A DNA stretch of 64,000 nucleotides from Candidatus Poribacteria bacterium (GTDB lineage Bacteria > Poribacteria > WGA-4E > WGA-3G): assembly GCA_963663765.2 (NCBI GenBank), contig CAXXUA010000013.1, positions 480,001 to 544,000 of the forward strand. The letters run 5' to 3'. The notes beneath the pieces were generated by a model. That model worked only from the letters and a program-made list of their open reading frames with translations, made no database searches and was not told the origin of the DNA. Positions within the stretch are counted from its first letter, which is position 1. Each line of letters opens with the position of its first letter. Shown piece after piece: positions 1 through 9,777 of this stretch. The position numbers and the translations under genes were made by a program.

Positions 1-2
1 AC

Positions 3-323
3 CCTCAAATACTAAATGCGTTGACACCTAAAAAGACAGCACTCCTCAAAAACTATCCAAACCCGTTCAATCCTGAAACATGGATACCTTACCAATTATC
101 ACAATCCGAAAATGTAAGAATAAAGATCTTTTCATCAAATGGTCAATTAATCCGATCTTTAGACTTAGGCAACAAACCTGCAGGGATATACCAAAATCAT
201 AGTAGAGCCGCACATTGGGATGGAAAAAATGAACTCGGAGAACGGGTGGCAAGTGGAATCTATTTCTATACCTTGTCTGCAGGAAACTATATAGCTACGC
301 AGCGAATGGTAATAAGAAAATAG
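3..323 (+). CDS. 3' end of secreted protein with FlgD-Ig/T9SS-type-A-like C-terminal domain (5' truncated by window)
   Basis: Frame open from position 3; TALLKNYPNPFNPETWIPYQL...GIYFYTL...TQRMVIRK, same domain as at the end of 332..2902. Confidence 0.85.
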   Translation, partial: PQILNALTPKKTALLKNYPNPFNPETWIPYQLSQSENVRIKIFSSNGQLIRSLDLGNKPAGIYQNHSRAAHWDGKNELGERVASGIYFYTLSAGNYIATQRMVIRK

Positions 324-331
324 GAGACATT

Positions 332-2902
332 ATGAGTAATAAAATACGTAACATGCTTTTAATCTTGTTTTTGTTCTCAATCTTATATCAACCTTATGCA
401 TATACTGAAGATTATACAAGGTGGGGATTGCCTAAAGGTGCAAAAATGCGGATCGGAAAAGGGGAAATATATGCAAATATAGTATTCTCACCAGATAGTT
501 CACGACTCGCTGTTTCAAGCTCAATCGGAATTTGGATTTACGATGTAAACACAGCAACGGAAATTGCACTACTTGATATACACGACAGTTTTCCAACAAG
601 TGTCGCCTTCAGTCCTGATGGACAAACAATCGCTTGTAGTAGTGCCAACAATTTTTATATCTGGGACGTAGAAACTGGTGATCTCAAACATAAAGTTCCT
701 GGAGATTCAATATTCATCACAAATTTAGCTTTTAGTCCTGATGGAGGCACACTTGCAACTGGCGGAAGAACAGAAGATCAGATCATGTTATGGGATGCAA
801 ACAGCGCTACATTGATAGATACATTCAAAGATCATAGCACTGAAATTGACTTCATAGCATTTAATCCAGATGGAAAGACACTCGCAAGTGTTAGTGACCT
901 TGAAGATGATAGGATAGACGTTTGGAATGTCAATACAGGAGAAATTCAAAACACGATAAACACAGTCAATGATATTGAATTTAATAAAATAGTATACAGT
1001 CCCAATGGCAACACAATTCTAAGTTATGATAATTGGCATGATGATAAAATACACGTGTGGAATGTGGATACAGGTACATACAACGGTGCACTTATTGGTC
1101 ACACAGAGAAAATAAAAACCGTCGTATTCAGTCACGATGGAAAAACCCTCGCAAGTGGGGGTGAAGATGATACTATCATTCTCTGGGATGCTGCTACTTG
1201 GAGCTATAAAAAAACGCTTATTGCACATACGAATTACGTTGTAAGTATCGCATTTAGTCCAGATGGGAAAACAATGGCAAGTGGTAGTCGGGATGGTACT
1301 ATCATCTTCTGGGATACAGACAGTTTTCTGCAGATTGGAAAAATAACTGGACACAATTATGGATTCAGAAGCATTGCTTTCAATCCAAGTGGAGATAAAA
1401 TTGTAACCGGCAGCCGTGACACCACCGTCCGAGTTTGGAATACAAATACTGGTGAAAACACAATTACCTTCTTAGGACATATCGCAGACATTCAAACGGT
1501 GGCGTTCAGTCCTGATGGAATAACAATCGCAAGTGGTGCTGGTTCTTCCGTGAATAACGGATGGTTCGCGGATGACTACACTGTGCGACTATGGGATGTT
1601 ACAACACAGACTCAAAAGGCAGTCTTACTTGGTCACCACGGTACTGTCTATCACATAACTTTCAGCCCTGATGGAAGTATGGTCGCAAGTTGTGGAAGTG
1701 AAGGAAAGGCAATCTTTTGGGATACCGAAACAGGGCATCCAATATGGACTATCAATGGGGATAGAGGTGAACTAAAAAAACAAAATGAAAAAAGAAAAAG
1801 TATTGGTGGGTTAACTTTTAGTCCTGATGGACAAAAAGTTGCAAATGGAAATTTTGATGGAATATATGTTTGGGATTTCGCAAGCAGACAACAGATAGGA
1901 ACATACACAGGTTTGACAATAGCAGATCCATGGAGTGTGTTTAGTCCTAACGGTAATACACTTGCTGCTATCTTGGAGGATAACGACGTGCGTCTGTGGA
2001 ATATACCTACAAGTGAGAAAAAACAGAACTTACTCCCAAACGCAACTAACTTCGTCAGTTTTGGAAACAACCCAGAAGAATACTCTCCAATTACTACCGG
2101 TTATTGGGATAACGATAAAATTAAGTTTATGGCCCCCTTCAAAGGTGGTGCCGCAATCACACTACAAGTAAAACAGGATGAAGTTGATGTGATCGCATTT
2201 AGTCCTGATGGTAAAACCCTCGCCACAGCAAGCTTCGGTGGAACAATTCTTTTATGGGACGTTAGCTCCATTTCCGATCCATCTCACCAAATTGCAGACT
2301 TAAACAACGATGGTAGAGAAGGTATACATGATCTGATGGTAATCGCAAATAATTTTGGAAAAACTGGCTTTAATACCACAGATGTAAACAACGACGGTAT
2401 AGTCAATATTGAAGACTTGATTAGAGCAATTGGTACGTTTAGAAATCCTGATGCAGTACTTAACGCTGTGCGTCAAGGCAAGGACATTGCACCCACAAGA
2501 GAAACTGCAAAAACTTGGTTGGCAGAAGCACTACATTTGGAAAAAACGGATTACATATCTCTAATAGGTGTTCAATTCCTCAAAGATCTTATCGTTGCAT
2601 TATATCCATTGCAAACTGCTTTGCTGCCGAACTATCCCAACCCCTTCAATCCAGAAACGTGGATTCCATATCAACTGGCAAGATCTGAAGACATAGCTAT
2701 CAAAATCTATTCCGCTGATGGACGTTTGATTAGAACTTTAGATATTGGACATAAACCCGTTGGACTCTACTTAGAACAAGAAAAGGCTGCGTATTGGGAC
2801 GGTGAAAACGAATTAGGTGAAACGGTCGCAAGTGGCGTATATTTTTACACGCTCACAGCAGGAAAATTCACCGCAACTCGCAAAATGTTAATACGAAAAT
2901 AA
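332..2902 (+). CDS. Secreted WD40-repeat protein with dockerin-like/EF-hand repeats and FlgD-Ig/T9SS-like C-terminal domain
   Basis: Signal peptide; many GH...AFSPDG..LASG..D.T..LWD repeats; DLNNDG/DVNNDGIVNIEDL; NYPNPFNPETWIPYQL tail; SD GGAG upstream. Confidence 0.92.
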   Translation: MSNKIRNMLLILFLFSILYQPYAYTEDYTRWGLPKGAKMRIGKGEIYANIVFSPDSSRLAVSSSIGIWIYDVNTATEIALLDIHDSFPTSVAFSPDGQTIACSSANNFYIWDVETGDLKHKVPGDSIFITNLAFSPDGGTLATGGRTEDQIMLWDANSATLIDTFKDHSTEIDFIAFNPDGKTLASVSDLEDDRIDVWNVNTGEIQNTINTVNDIEFNKIVYSPNGNTILSYDNWHDDKIHVWNVDTGTYNGALIGHTEKIKTVVFSHDGKTLASGGEDDTIILWDAATWSYKKTLIAHTNYVVSIAFSPDGKTMASGSRDGTIIFWDTDSFLQIGKITGHNYGFRSIAFNPSGDKIVTGSRDTTVRVWNTNTGENTITFLGHIADIQTVAFSPDGITIASGAGSSVNNGWFADDYTVRLWDVTTQTQKAVLLGHHGTVYHITFSPDGSMVASCGSEGKAIFWDTETGHPIWTINGDRGELKKQNEKRKSIGGLTFSPDGQKVANGNFDGIYVWDFASRQQIGTYTGLTIADPWSVFSPNGNTLAAILEDNDVRLWNIPTSEKKQNLLPNATNFVSFGNNPEEYSPITTGYWDNDKIKFMAPFKGGAAITLQVKQDEVDVIAFSPDGKTLATASFGGTILLWDVSSISDPSHQIADLNNDGREGIHDLMVIANNFGKTGFNTTDVNNDGIVNIEDLIRAIGTFRNPDAVLNAVRQGKDIAPTRETAKTWLAEALHLEKTDYISLIGVQFLKDLIVALYPLQTALLPNYPNPFNPETWIPYQLARSEDIAIKIYSADGRLIRTLDIGHKPVGLYLEQEKAAYWDGENELGETVASGVYFYTLTAGKFTATRKMLIRK

Positions 2903-3534
2903 GCAGTACTTTATATATAAAGATTTACCGAAATCTAATGTAAATCTATTGGATATATATTGTTCAACACCATTGCTGAATTACTAAAATACCGCTCATG
3001 GCATGTTATAATAGACATTATAATGTCCAATGAACACATTTCTCTCTCAAAGAAAATATAACTAACAAGTCAAAAATCAAAAACAAAAAATTACAACAAA
3101 AAAACGATAAAAATCCATTTAGTTGTTTTTTTTCAAAATTTCGCAAACCAACATAAACCTATACCACGACACGATCGACAACACTTATGAAAAAAACCCA
3201 AAAAACCCCAAAAAAACAACTATAAAATTCCACCATTTGGACAAGGATCACAACCAACGACATTCCATGCTTACAAAAGAAGGAAAAATCGGAGTTGAAA
3301 ATTCCTGCTACAAGAACTTTTCACACAGTAGAAACGTTAGATAGAATTACCGACTCAATTTATTATTCTTCATCAAAAATAAACAACAATGAAAAATCAC
3401 AAATATACAAATTAAAAACTTATCGTCAAAAAAAATCAAGAAATTACTGACAAAATATCCAAATTGCACCCTTTCAGCAACAATTAGAAATCTAACATTT
3501 GAACGCATTCAATTCCATAAAGGCTCAAAACCTC

Positions 3535-5602
3535 ATGAGTAAAAGCTTATTTTCAATTCTCTCAATTCTATTTCTCCTTTCAATACAACATTTTCAGATA
3601 ACATTTGCCCAAGATTCACCGCAATTCAGTTTGCCTGAAGGTGCTACAGCACGTTTGGGAAAAGGTTCGGTCAGACAAGTACTATACTCCCCCGATGGAA
3701 AACATCTTGCTGTTGCAAGTACCATCGGTATTTGGATATATGACGTTGAAACATACAAAGAGATCGCACTATTAGCAGGTCATACAAAGAGTATAACTTG
3801 TATAGCATTCAGTCCTGATGGAAATAAACTCGCAAGCGGGTCGAGGGACATTACAATACAACTATGGGATATGGCAACATACAAACATAAGCAGACCCTC
3901 ACAGGACATTTACACGGTATCAATAGTTTAGCATTCAGTCCTGATGGAAATATACTCGCAAGCGGAAGTACGGGTGAACGTGATGGAGAACAAATCTTTG
4001 GTGCTAAAATCCGATTATGGGATACGCCATCAGGGAAACACATGCACACGCTCGCTGCACAAGGACAAGTCGATTCTCTGGCATTCAGTCCTGATGGAAA
4101 AACAATCGCAAGTGGTGAGGGATGGCCTAAGTACGCAACCCGTATTTACGATGTAGATACGGGTATTGAGTTGAATTCAATTGCCGAACATTCCGATTGG
4201 ATAAATAGTGTCACATTTGGACAGGAAAAAAATACATTATTGAGTTCCAGTTATGATGGAAGTATCCGTATTTGGGATTATAAATCAACAAAACAGACGC
4301 GCGTTATTAGTGATACCCAATTAACGTGAGTCGTCTTGCTAAGTGTGCGGTTAGGAAACCGCACCTACCGTTGAAAAAAGATAAATTACGTTAATTTGGT
4401 ATGAGACAGTAAGGGCAATTATTGCAGCTACATATAATCCTGATGGCAACCTGATTGTAACTGGAAATTATTCTGGTATTTTTATTCTTGATGCTACTAC
4501 TGGTAAAGTTAAAAACACACTTGATACAGAAACTGTTGTAAGTCTTACTTTTAGTCCTGATGGAAAAACACTCACAAGTGCGCATCATGGCTGGAAGCAC
4601 ATAATTGTGTGGGATATTGATACTTGGAAAGAGAAACGCTCACTCACAGGTTTCACTCATCCAACTTATGACATCACATTTAGTCCTGATAACAACATAC
4701 TTGCAAGTGGAGGATTGGATCCATATATCTATCTTTGGGATGTTAATACTGCAGAAAAAACTAATCAACTCATTGGAAGTAAAGATAACGTTGGTTGTAT
4801 TGAATTCAGTTCAGATGGTCGTTCGCTTGTAAGCGGAAGTAATCATTCTACTGTTAACGAAAGTTATGCTACTGTTATTAAATGGGACGCAGTCACATAC
4901 ACGAAAAACCTTATATTATCTACAAAAAACAAGATTACTACTCCTTTAGTCTTAGTAAAAATAAGTCCTGATATGAGTAATTTCGCATGTGTGAGTTTAG
5001 AAGTAGTGCAAATGTGGGATATTCAGAACAGAAATCTCAAATATACGCTCCAACCTTATGCTGGGAATTTCTTAAGTATCGCATGGAGTCCAGATGGAAA
5101 GATCTTCGCAACAGGATCCAAAGGAGTACATATCGGAGAGGATCAGTCTGTCCGTTATAAAGGAATCAGTCTGTGGGATGTGGAAACAGGTGAACAACAT
5201 AAAGTGTTTGAAGCAGAGATAGGACCAGTTAGTAGTTTAGCTTTCAGTCCGGATGGGAAAACGCTTGCAAGTGACGGATTAGGAACAGACTACGCTGTCC
5301 TTTTGTGGGACGTGTCTACAGGGGAAGCAAAATTTATCTTAAAAGGACATACATTGATTATTATGTGTGTAGCGTTTAGTCCTAACGGTAATATACTTGC
5401 AAGTGGTAGTGCTGACAATACTATCCGTCTATGGAATGTTACAACAGGTAAACATATAAGGACATTAAACGGACATACAGAAGCAATAAAGAACATTACC
5501 TTTAGCTCAGACGGCAAAAAATTAGCCAGCTGTAGTTATGATGGAACGATATATTTATGGAACGTAGGTTCTTCCGAAAATTCTATTGATACTGCAAAAT
5601 AG
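3535..5602 (+). pseudogene. Secreted WD40-repeat protein disrupted by an 88-bp MITE (split into ORFs 3499..4329 and 4607..5602)
   Basis: Removing 4312..4402 (91 nt) joins ...RVIS to ETVRAIIAATYNPDG...VWDID in frame with the 4607 ORF; both halves are WD40 repeats. Confidence 0.88.
4314..4401. mobile_element. 88-bp MITE (family A) with internal REP-like hairpin
   Basis: TIR TACCCAATTAACGT / ACGTTAATTTGGTA (13/14); TSD TGA at 4311-4313 and 4402-4404; contains GTAGGTGCGGTTTCCTAACCGCAC on the - strand. Confidence 0.85.
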
Positions 5603-5611
5603 TCAAGTTAC

Positions 5612-6310
5612 CTATAACAACGCATCTACCAATCCCGTAAAATCACGCACTGTTACATCCGGTTGATATGACGTATCTTCATAAGGAAGGTTATATCGGT
5701 TAACAAACGCACCTCTAAACCCACAACCACGCGCACCCATAACGTCAAATGAATTCGCAGATACCATCAGGCATTCCCTAACTTCAAGTCCTAATTTGCC
5801 TGCTGCCCCACGATAGACTACTGGATGCGGTTTAAACGCCCCAAAATTAGTAACAGAAATTACATCGTCAAAATCCCACATTACACGATCTTTGACAAGA
5901 TAATCCAAAAAATCAGGATCGCCGTTAGATAACACCACTAATTTAAACTGCGATTGTAAACGAGCCAGCGCAGGTAAAACCTCCGGAAAGGCAGAGAGAT
6001 ACCGCCAACCATGCATAAACTCATCTACTGTATCAGATGTAGTATGGATACCGTTCTGTCTGAGTGTGTAATTTAACGCACGACGCACCGTTTCCAAATA
6101 ACCACTATGACCAAGCATCATCATCGTGTCCTGATACTGCTCAATACGTTGTCGGTAACGCCACTGTTCCCAAAAGTCATCAGCAGTTACACTGTCAACA
6201 TTGCGAACATCTAACGATTGCCGGATGTAAGGTACAAGACTACTACCTAAATCTAATACTGTACCAAATAGGTCAAAGGTAAGTACTTTCGTTTCAACAT
6301 AATCTGTCAT
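5612..6310 (-). CDS. HAD-superfamily hydrolase, haloacid dehalogenase type II-like
   Basis: FDLFGTVLD motif I, LSNGD motif II, FKPHP motif III, VSANSFDVMGA motif IV. Confidence 0.9.
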   Translation of the reverse strand: MTDYVETKVLTFDLFGTVLDLGSSLVPYIRQSLDVRNVDSVTADDFWEQWRYRQRIEQYQDTMMMLGHSGYLETVRRALNYTLRQNGIHTTSDTVDEFMHGWRYLSAFPEVLPALARLQSQFKLVVLSNGDPDFLDYLVKDRVMWDFDDVISVTNFGAFKPHPVVYRGAAGKLGLEVRECLMVSANSFDVMGARGCGFRGAFVNRYNLPYEDTSYQPDVTVRDFTGLVDALL

Positions 6311-6414
6311 GATATTTCCTTAGGGCCAATTGGAAGAACCCATATTATTCTCGATTCCTCTAATGGATAAAGAAATTAGGAAAGTCCATAAATCTGTGTC
6401 TATAGTCATTTGAC

Positions 6415-7440
6415 CTAACCTAATTCAACTGTTTTCCCTGTTGCCATCGCTTCAAATGCAGCATCAATCACACGCATCTGATTGACACAACTTTCCGGTG
6501 AGATACGGTGCGGTTTCCCAGTTGCTAAACATTCACACATATGCTCCAACTGCAACGCAAACTGAAAACACGGTTCAAAATCAATTACTTGATGACCATC
6601 GCGGTTCTGCAAAACGATATTCACAGCGGAGTTCTCATTGTTCCATGCCCTATCAATACGCATCATACCCCCTAAGCCAGCCATTTCAGCGTATTGACCA
6701 CCAGCACAATTAAAGCCGGTAGAAATCTGTGCAGTCCGTTCATCTGAGAATACCAATAGCAGATAGGATGCATCGTCCACCTCCATACCTGCTTGAGATG
6801 CACCTGATACGCGAACCGGTTCAGCACCAAACATAAAACGCGCATGATGAATATTGTAACACGCTAAATCGTAGATACTACCGCCACCTTTTGCTTTGTT
6901 AAATCGCCAATTCGCTTCAGGTCGGCGCGTGTCAGGACCTCCACCGCCTCCGCCAGTACAGAATGTACTACGCAACGTCTTGAACTCACCGATCGCACCA
7001 GAATCAACAAGTTCCTTTGCTTTGATGTGCATCGGATGATGACGAAACTTGAAGGCTTCTGCTACAAGGATACCGTTCGCTTGTGCTGCACCAACAAAAG
7101 CCTCCGCTTCAGCAGCTGTTGACGTAAAAGGTTTCTCACACAGAATTGCTTTCACTTGCCGAGATTCGGATATCTTTATGCCAACTTCTGCGTGAAATGC
7201 ACCCCACGTACAGATGACCGCAATATCCAAATCTTCAGATTCCAACATCCCATCTAATGAGAGATAACGATTTTCTGGTTTCACACCAAATCGTTCACCA
7301 AAACCATTTAATGCACCCTCGGACACATCACAGATCGCAGCCAATTCAGCACTTGGTGCTTGTTGGCAAGCATTACCGTGTGCATTCGCAATACCACCAG
7401 TACCAACAAGTCCAACTTGGAAAATTCCATTTTTCGGCAT
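6415..7440 (-). CDS. Gfo/Idh/MocA family oxidoreductase
   Basis: VGLVGTGGIA Rossmann motif, CEKP, GGGSIYDLACY. Confidence 0.92.
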   Translation of the reverse strand: MPKNGIFQVGLVGTGGIANAHGNACQQAPSAELAAICDVSEGALNGFGERFGVKPENRYLSLDGMLESEDLDIAVICTWGAFHAEVGIKISESRQVKAILCEKPFTSTAAEAEAFVGAAQANGILVAEAFKFRHHPMHIKAKELVDSGAIGEFKTLRSTFCTGGGGGGPDTRRPEANWRFNKAKGGGSIYDLACYNIHHARFMFGAEPVRVSGASQAGMEVDDASYLLLVFSDERTAQISTGFNCAGGQYAEMAGLGGMMRIDRAWNNENSAVNIVLQNRDGHQVIDFEPCFQFALQLEHMCECLATGKPHRISPESCVNQMRVIDAAFEAMATGKTVELG

Positions 7441-7474
7441 AATTGTACCTCTTTCAATAGATTTTATTATAGTT

Positions 7475-7596
7475 CAGGACTTACGCAGTTTTCATGATTT
7501 GATGAAGAATTATGACGAAAATGTTGTAATTTTCAGCATTTTTTCGGTTTCCAGCGCGCTTACAAAGCACGCCTACCGTTGGGTGCGTAAGTCCTA
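7475..7596. mobile_element. 122-bp MITE (family B), copy 1
   Basis: TIR CAGGACTTACGCA / TGCGTAAGTCCTA; 5-bp TSD TAGTT (7470-7474, 7597-7601); closely similar same-length copy at 53612..53733. Confidence 0.9.
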
Positions 7597-7605
7597 TAGT
7601 TTTTC

Positions 7606-8331
7606 TCAGACATAACCGTTATCTGCAATAGCTTCACCTAAAAAATCAAACGGTAGTTCACTAGGTTCATCAACACGTCTCCAACGGTTGACCGCTTCTG
7701 GACGCACAACTATCCGTCCTAAAGGAATACATAAATATTCTTCAAGACGTTTGAGTGTTTCCTCCTGTTTCAGAACAAAATCCTCAAAACGCACCTGTAA
7801 AATGTGTTTCGGTTTCGGGGTTGCTTTCATCAACTGATATTGATAGTACCATGAAATTGCGCGTCTTTCAAAAACATCATCAGTCTGCAGATAGTCTATT
7901 CCAAAATCACGTAGATTATCTGTTTTATGGCTACCGAGAATACAATCCCTTGGATCACGAATCCAATGAATAAAACGGATCTCTGGAAACATACGCACTA
8001 TCCACGGATACACTAAGGTTGTTTCAGGTATTTTCCACCCCTTATTTTCAGATTTATCACCTAAGACATCAGACAAATAATCGTTGATTAACTGCTCAAA
8101 CAATGGGTCAATCGGTAACGTGAACAAAGGTTCAAAATCCCATGATAATCCACCATTCCATTTGACATATTTTGCCATAACTCTGCATGCGTCATACATT
8201 GCATACGGTGGTATTTTATCACCAGATGGATTCAGTTGACTACCCATATATACACCACTTGCGTATAACGTATGTGAGATGGCACGAGTACCAGAATGAC
8301 CACGACCAATCACGGTAATTAAGGTTTCCAT
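7606..8331 (-). CDS. Sulfotransferase family protein
   Basis: IGRGHSGT 5'-PSB-like loop, GWKIPET, IRDPRD 3'-PB motif, VRFEDFV. Confidence 0.82.
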   Translation of the reverse strand: METLITVIGRGHSGTRAISHTLYASGVYMGSQLNPSGDKIPPYAMYDACRVMAKYVKWNGGLSWDFEPLFTLPIDPLFEQLINDYLSDVLGDKSENKGWKIPETTLVYPWIVRMFPEIRFIHWIRDPRDCILGSHKTDNLRDFGIDYLQTDDVFERRAISWYYQYQLMKATPKPKHILQVRFEDFVLKQEETLKRLEEYLCIPLGRIVVRPEAVNRWRRVDEPSELPFDFLGEAIADNGYV

Positions 8332-8535
8332 ATATTTATTAATTGACTAACGGTCAAGAAATTCCTTGCGTATTTTAAGAGAATAATGAATAATAATTTA
8401 AAGTCCATTTCTCAGGAGATTATATTATCTCTGTTGATAATATGATCTCCTTGAAAAATGTGAACTGAATATATTTCTCATTTTAACAAAATTCTTAACT
8501 AAAGAAAAGTTATTTTTTGATTAAAGGAACATTAC

Positions 8536-9693
8536 ATGCAAAAAACTTTACTCTCAATATGTTTAAGTCTAATGATATTTGCGAATATTGGATGTGATAA
8601 CGTAATAAAGGTACTAGATTCCGCTAGAACTGAACCCACTATAAAGATCGGTTTCGTCGTCGCTGGTGAACGCATTTCATATCCCAATGGAGCTGAAATG
8701 GCTGTCACAGAAATCAACGAAAAAGGCGGACTGCTTGGGATGCGTGTTGAATTAATCGGGCATATCAACAATGAAGCAATATTGGATGTCTCAGTGCAAC
8801 TCGCGGAATCGTTGATCCTTGAAGACGGTGTTGTTGCTCTAATAGGACCAAACCGTTCTTCACACGCAGCAGTCGTCGGTCCTATAGCACAGAAGCATCG
8901 GATACCAATGGTCACTACAACCGCAACAAATCCGAATGTGACAAATGCTGGTGATTTTGTATTTATGGCATCCTTCACCGATAGTTTTCAAGGCGCAGTC
9001 ATGGCACAATTCGCAAAGAATGAACTCGGTATCTCAAACGCCGCTCTCATCACACGTAGTGGTGACCTATATACTGAAGGCATATCTGAATTTTTTGAAT
9101 CCAACTTTTTATCACTCGGTGGGAACGTGGTTGCACATGTGTTCTTTGATGGCGGAACTCTTGATTATACACAACACTTGATGCAAATCGCTGACTTACT
9201 ACCTGAGGCACTCTTCACTGCAGGATTTGTTCAAGACATTGCCAGCATCACGCAACAAGCACGTGTTGTGCCATTGCTAAACGCTGTTGGGGCACCGACA
9301 ATCTTCCTCGGTGCAGATTCATGGGACAGCACATTGTTGTTTGACGACGAAAATGCTGAAATTGAAGGCAGCTTCTTTAGTGGACATTTTTCACCTGAAA
9401 CGGATGAACCGAACGCACGTGCTTTTGTTGAAACCTACGAAGCCATCTATGAATCTACGCCAACTGGTGGTGTCGCAGTCAGTTACGATGCTGTCAAATT
9501 GCTAATTGAAGCCATAGAACGTGCTGAAAGTTTGGACCCAGAGATTATACGCGATGAACTTGCTGCTACCAAAAACTATGTCGGAGCAACAAGTATCTCC
9601 AGCTATAACGAAAACCGTCATCCCACCAAAAGTGCAGTTATTTTCACTATCAAAAACGGTGAAAAAAAGTTCTATAAGCAAATTCATCCTTAG
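8536..9693 (+). CDS. LivJ-like (type 1 periplasmic binding) ABC substrate-binding lipoprotein
   Basis: Lipobox-like NIGC; GAEMAVTEINEKGGLLG; FTDSFQG; YDAVKLL. Confidence 0.88.
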   Translation: MQKTLLSICLSLMIFANIGCDNVIKVLDSARTEPTIKIGFVVAGERISYPNGAEMAVTEINEKGGLLGMRVELIGHINNEAILDVSVQLAESLILEDGVVALIGPNRSSHAAVVGPIAQKHRIPMVTTTATNPNVTNAGDFVFMASFTDSFQGAVMAQFAKNELGISNAALITRSGDLYTEGISEFFESNFLSLGGNVVAHVFFDGGTLDYTQHLMQIADLLPEALFTAGFVQDIASITQQARVVPLLNAVGAPTIFLGADSWDSTLLFDDENAEIEGSFFSGHFSPETDEPNARAFVETYEAIYESTPTGGVAVSYDAVKLLIEAIERAESLDPEIIRDELAATKNYVGATSISSYNENRHPTKSAVIFTIKNGEKKFYKQIHP

Positions 9694-9742
9694 AATTTGC
9701 TCATAGAGGTAGAGTGACAGTATCTAAATATCTACATATTTC

Positions 9743-9771
9743 TTGACATTCCTTGATATTTATGTGATACT
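9743..9771 (+). promoter_or_regulatory. Sigma70-type promoter giving a probably leaderless tnpA transcript
   Basis: TTGACA (9743-9748), 17-nt spacer, TGn-GATACT (9766-9771); tnpA ATG lies 7 nt after the -10 with no SD. Confidence 0.6.
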
Positions 9772-9777
9772 ATATAC

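Noticed and set aside
3123-3344. 73-aa ORF as a real gene or RAYT fragment
   Set aside because: Low-complexity Lys/Asn/Thr composition from the A-rich tract; no SD and no HUH motif
4327-4329. TGA followed by a hairpin in the WD40 gene as Sec or readthrough
   Set aside because: The stop lies inside the MITE and the downstream half is in a different frame
332-5602. Recurrent TTTAGTCCTGATGG DNA repeats as a DGR or repeat array
   Set aside because: They encode the FSPDG of WD40 repeats; no reverse transcriptase or adenine-specific TR/VR pair seen
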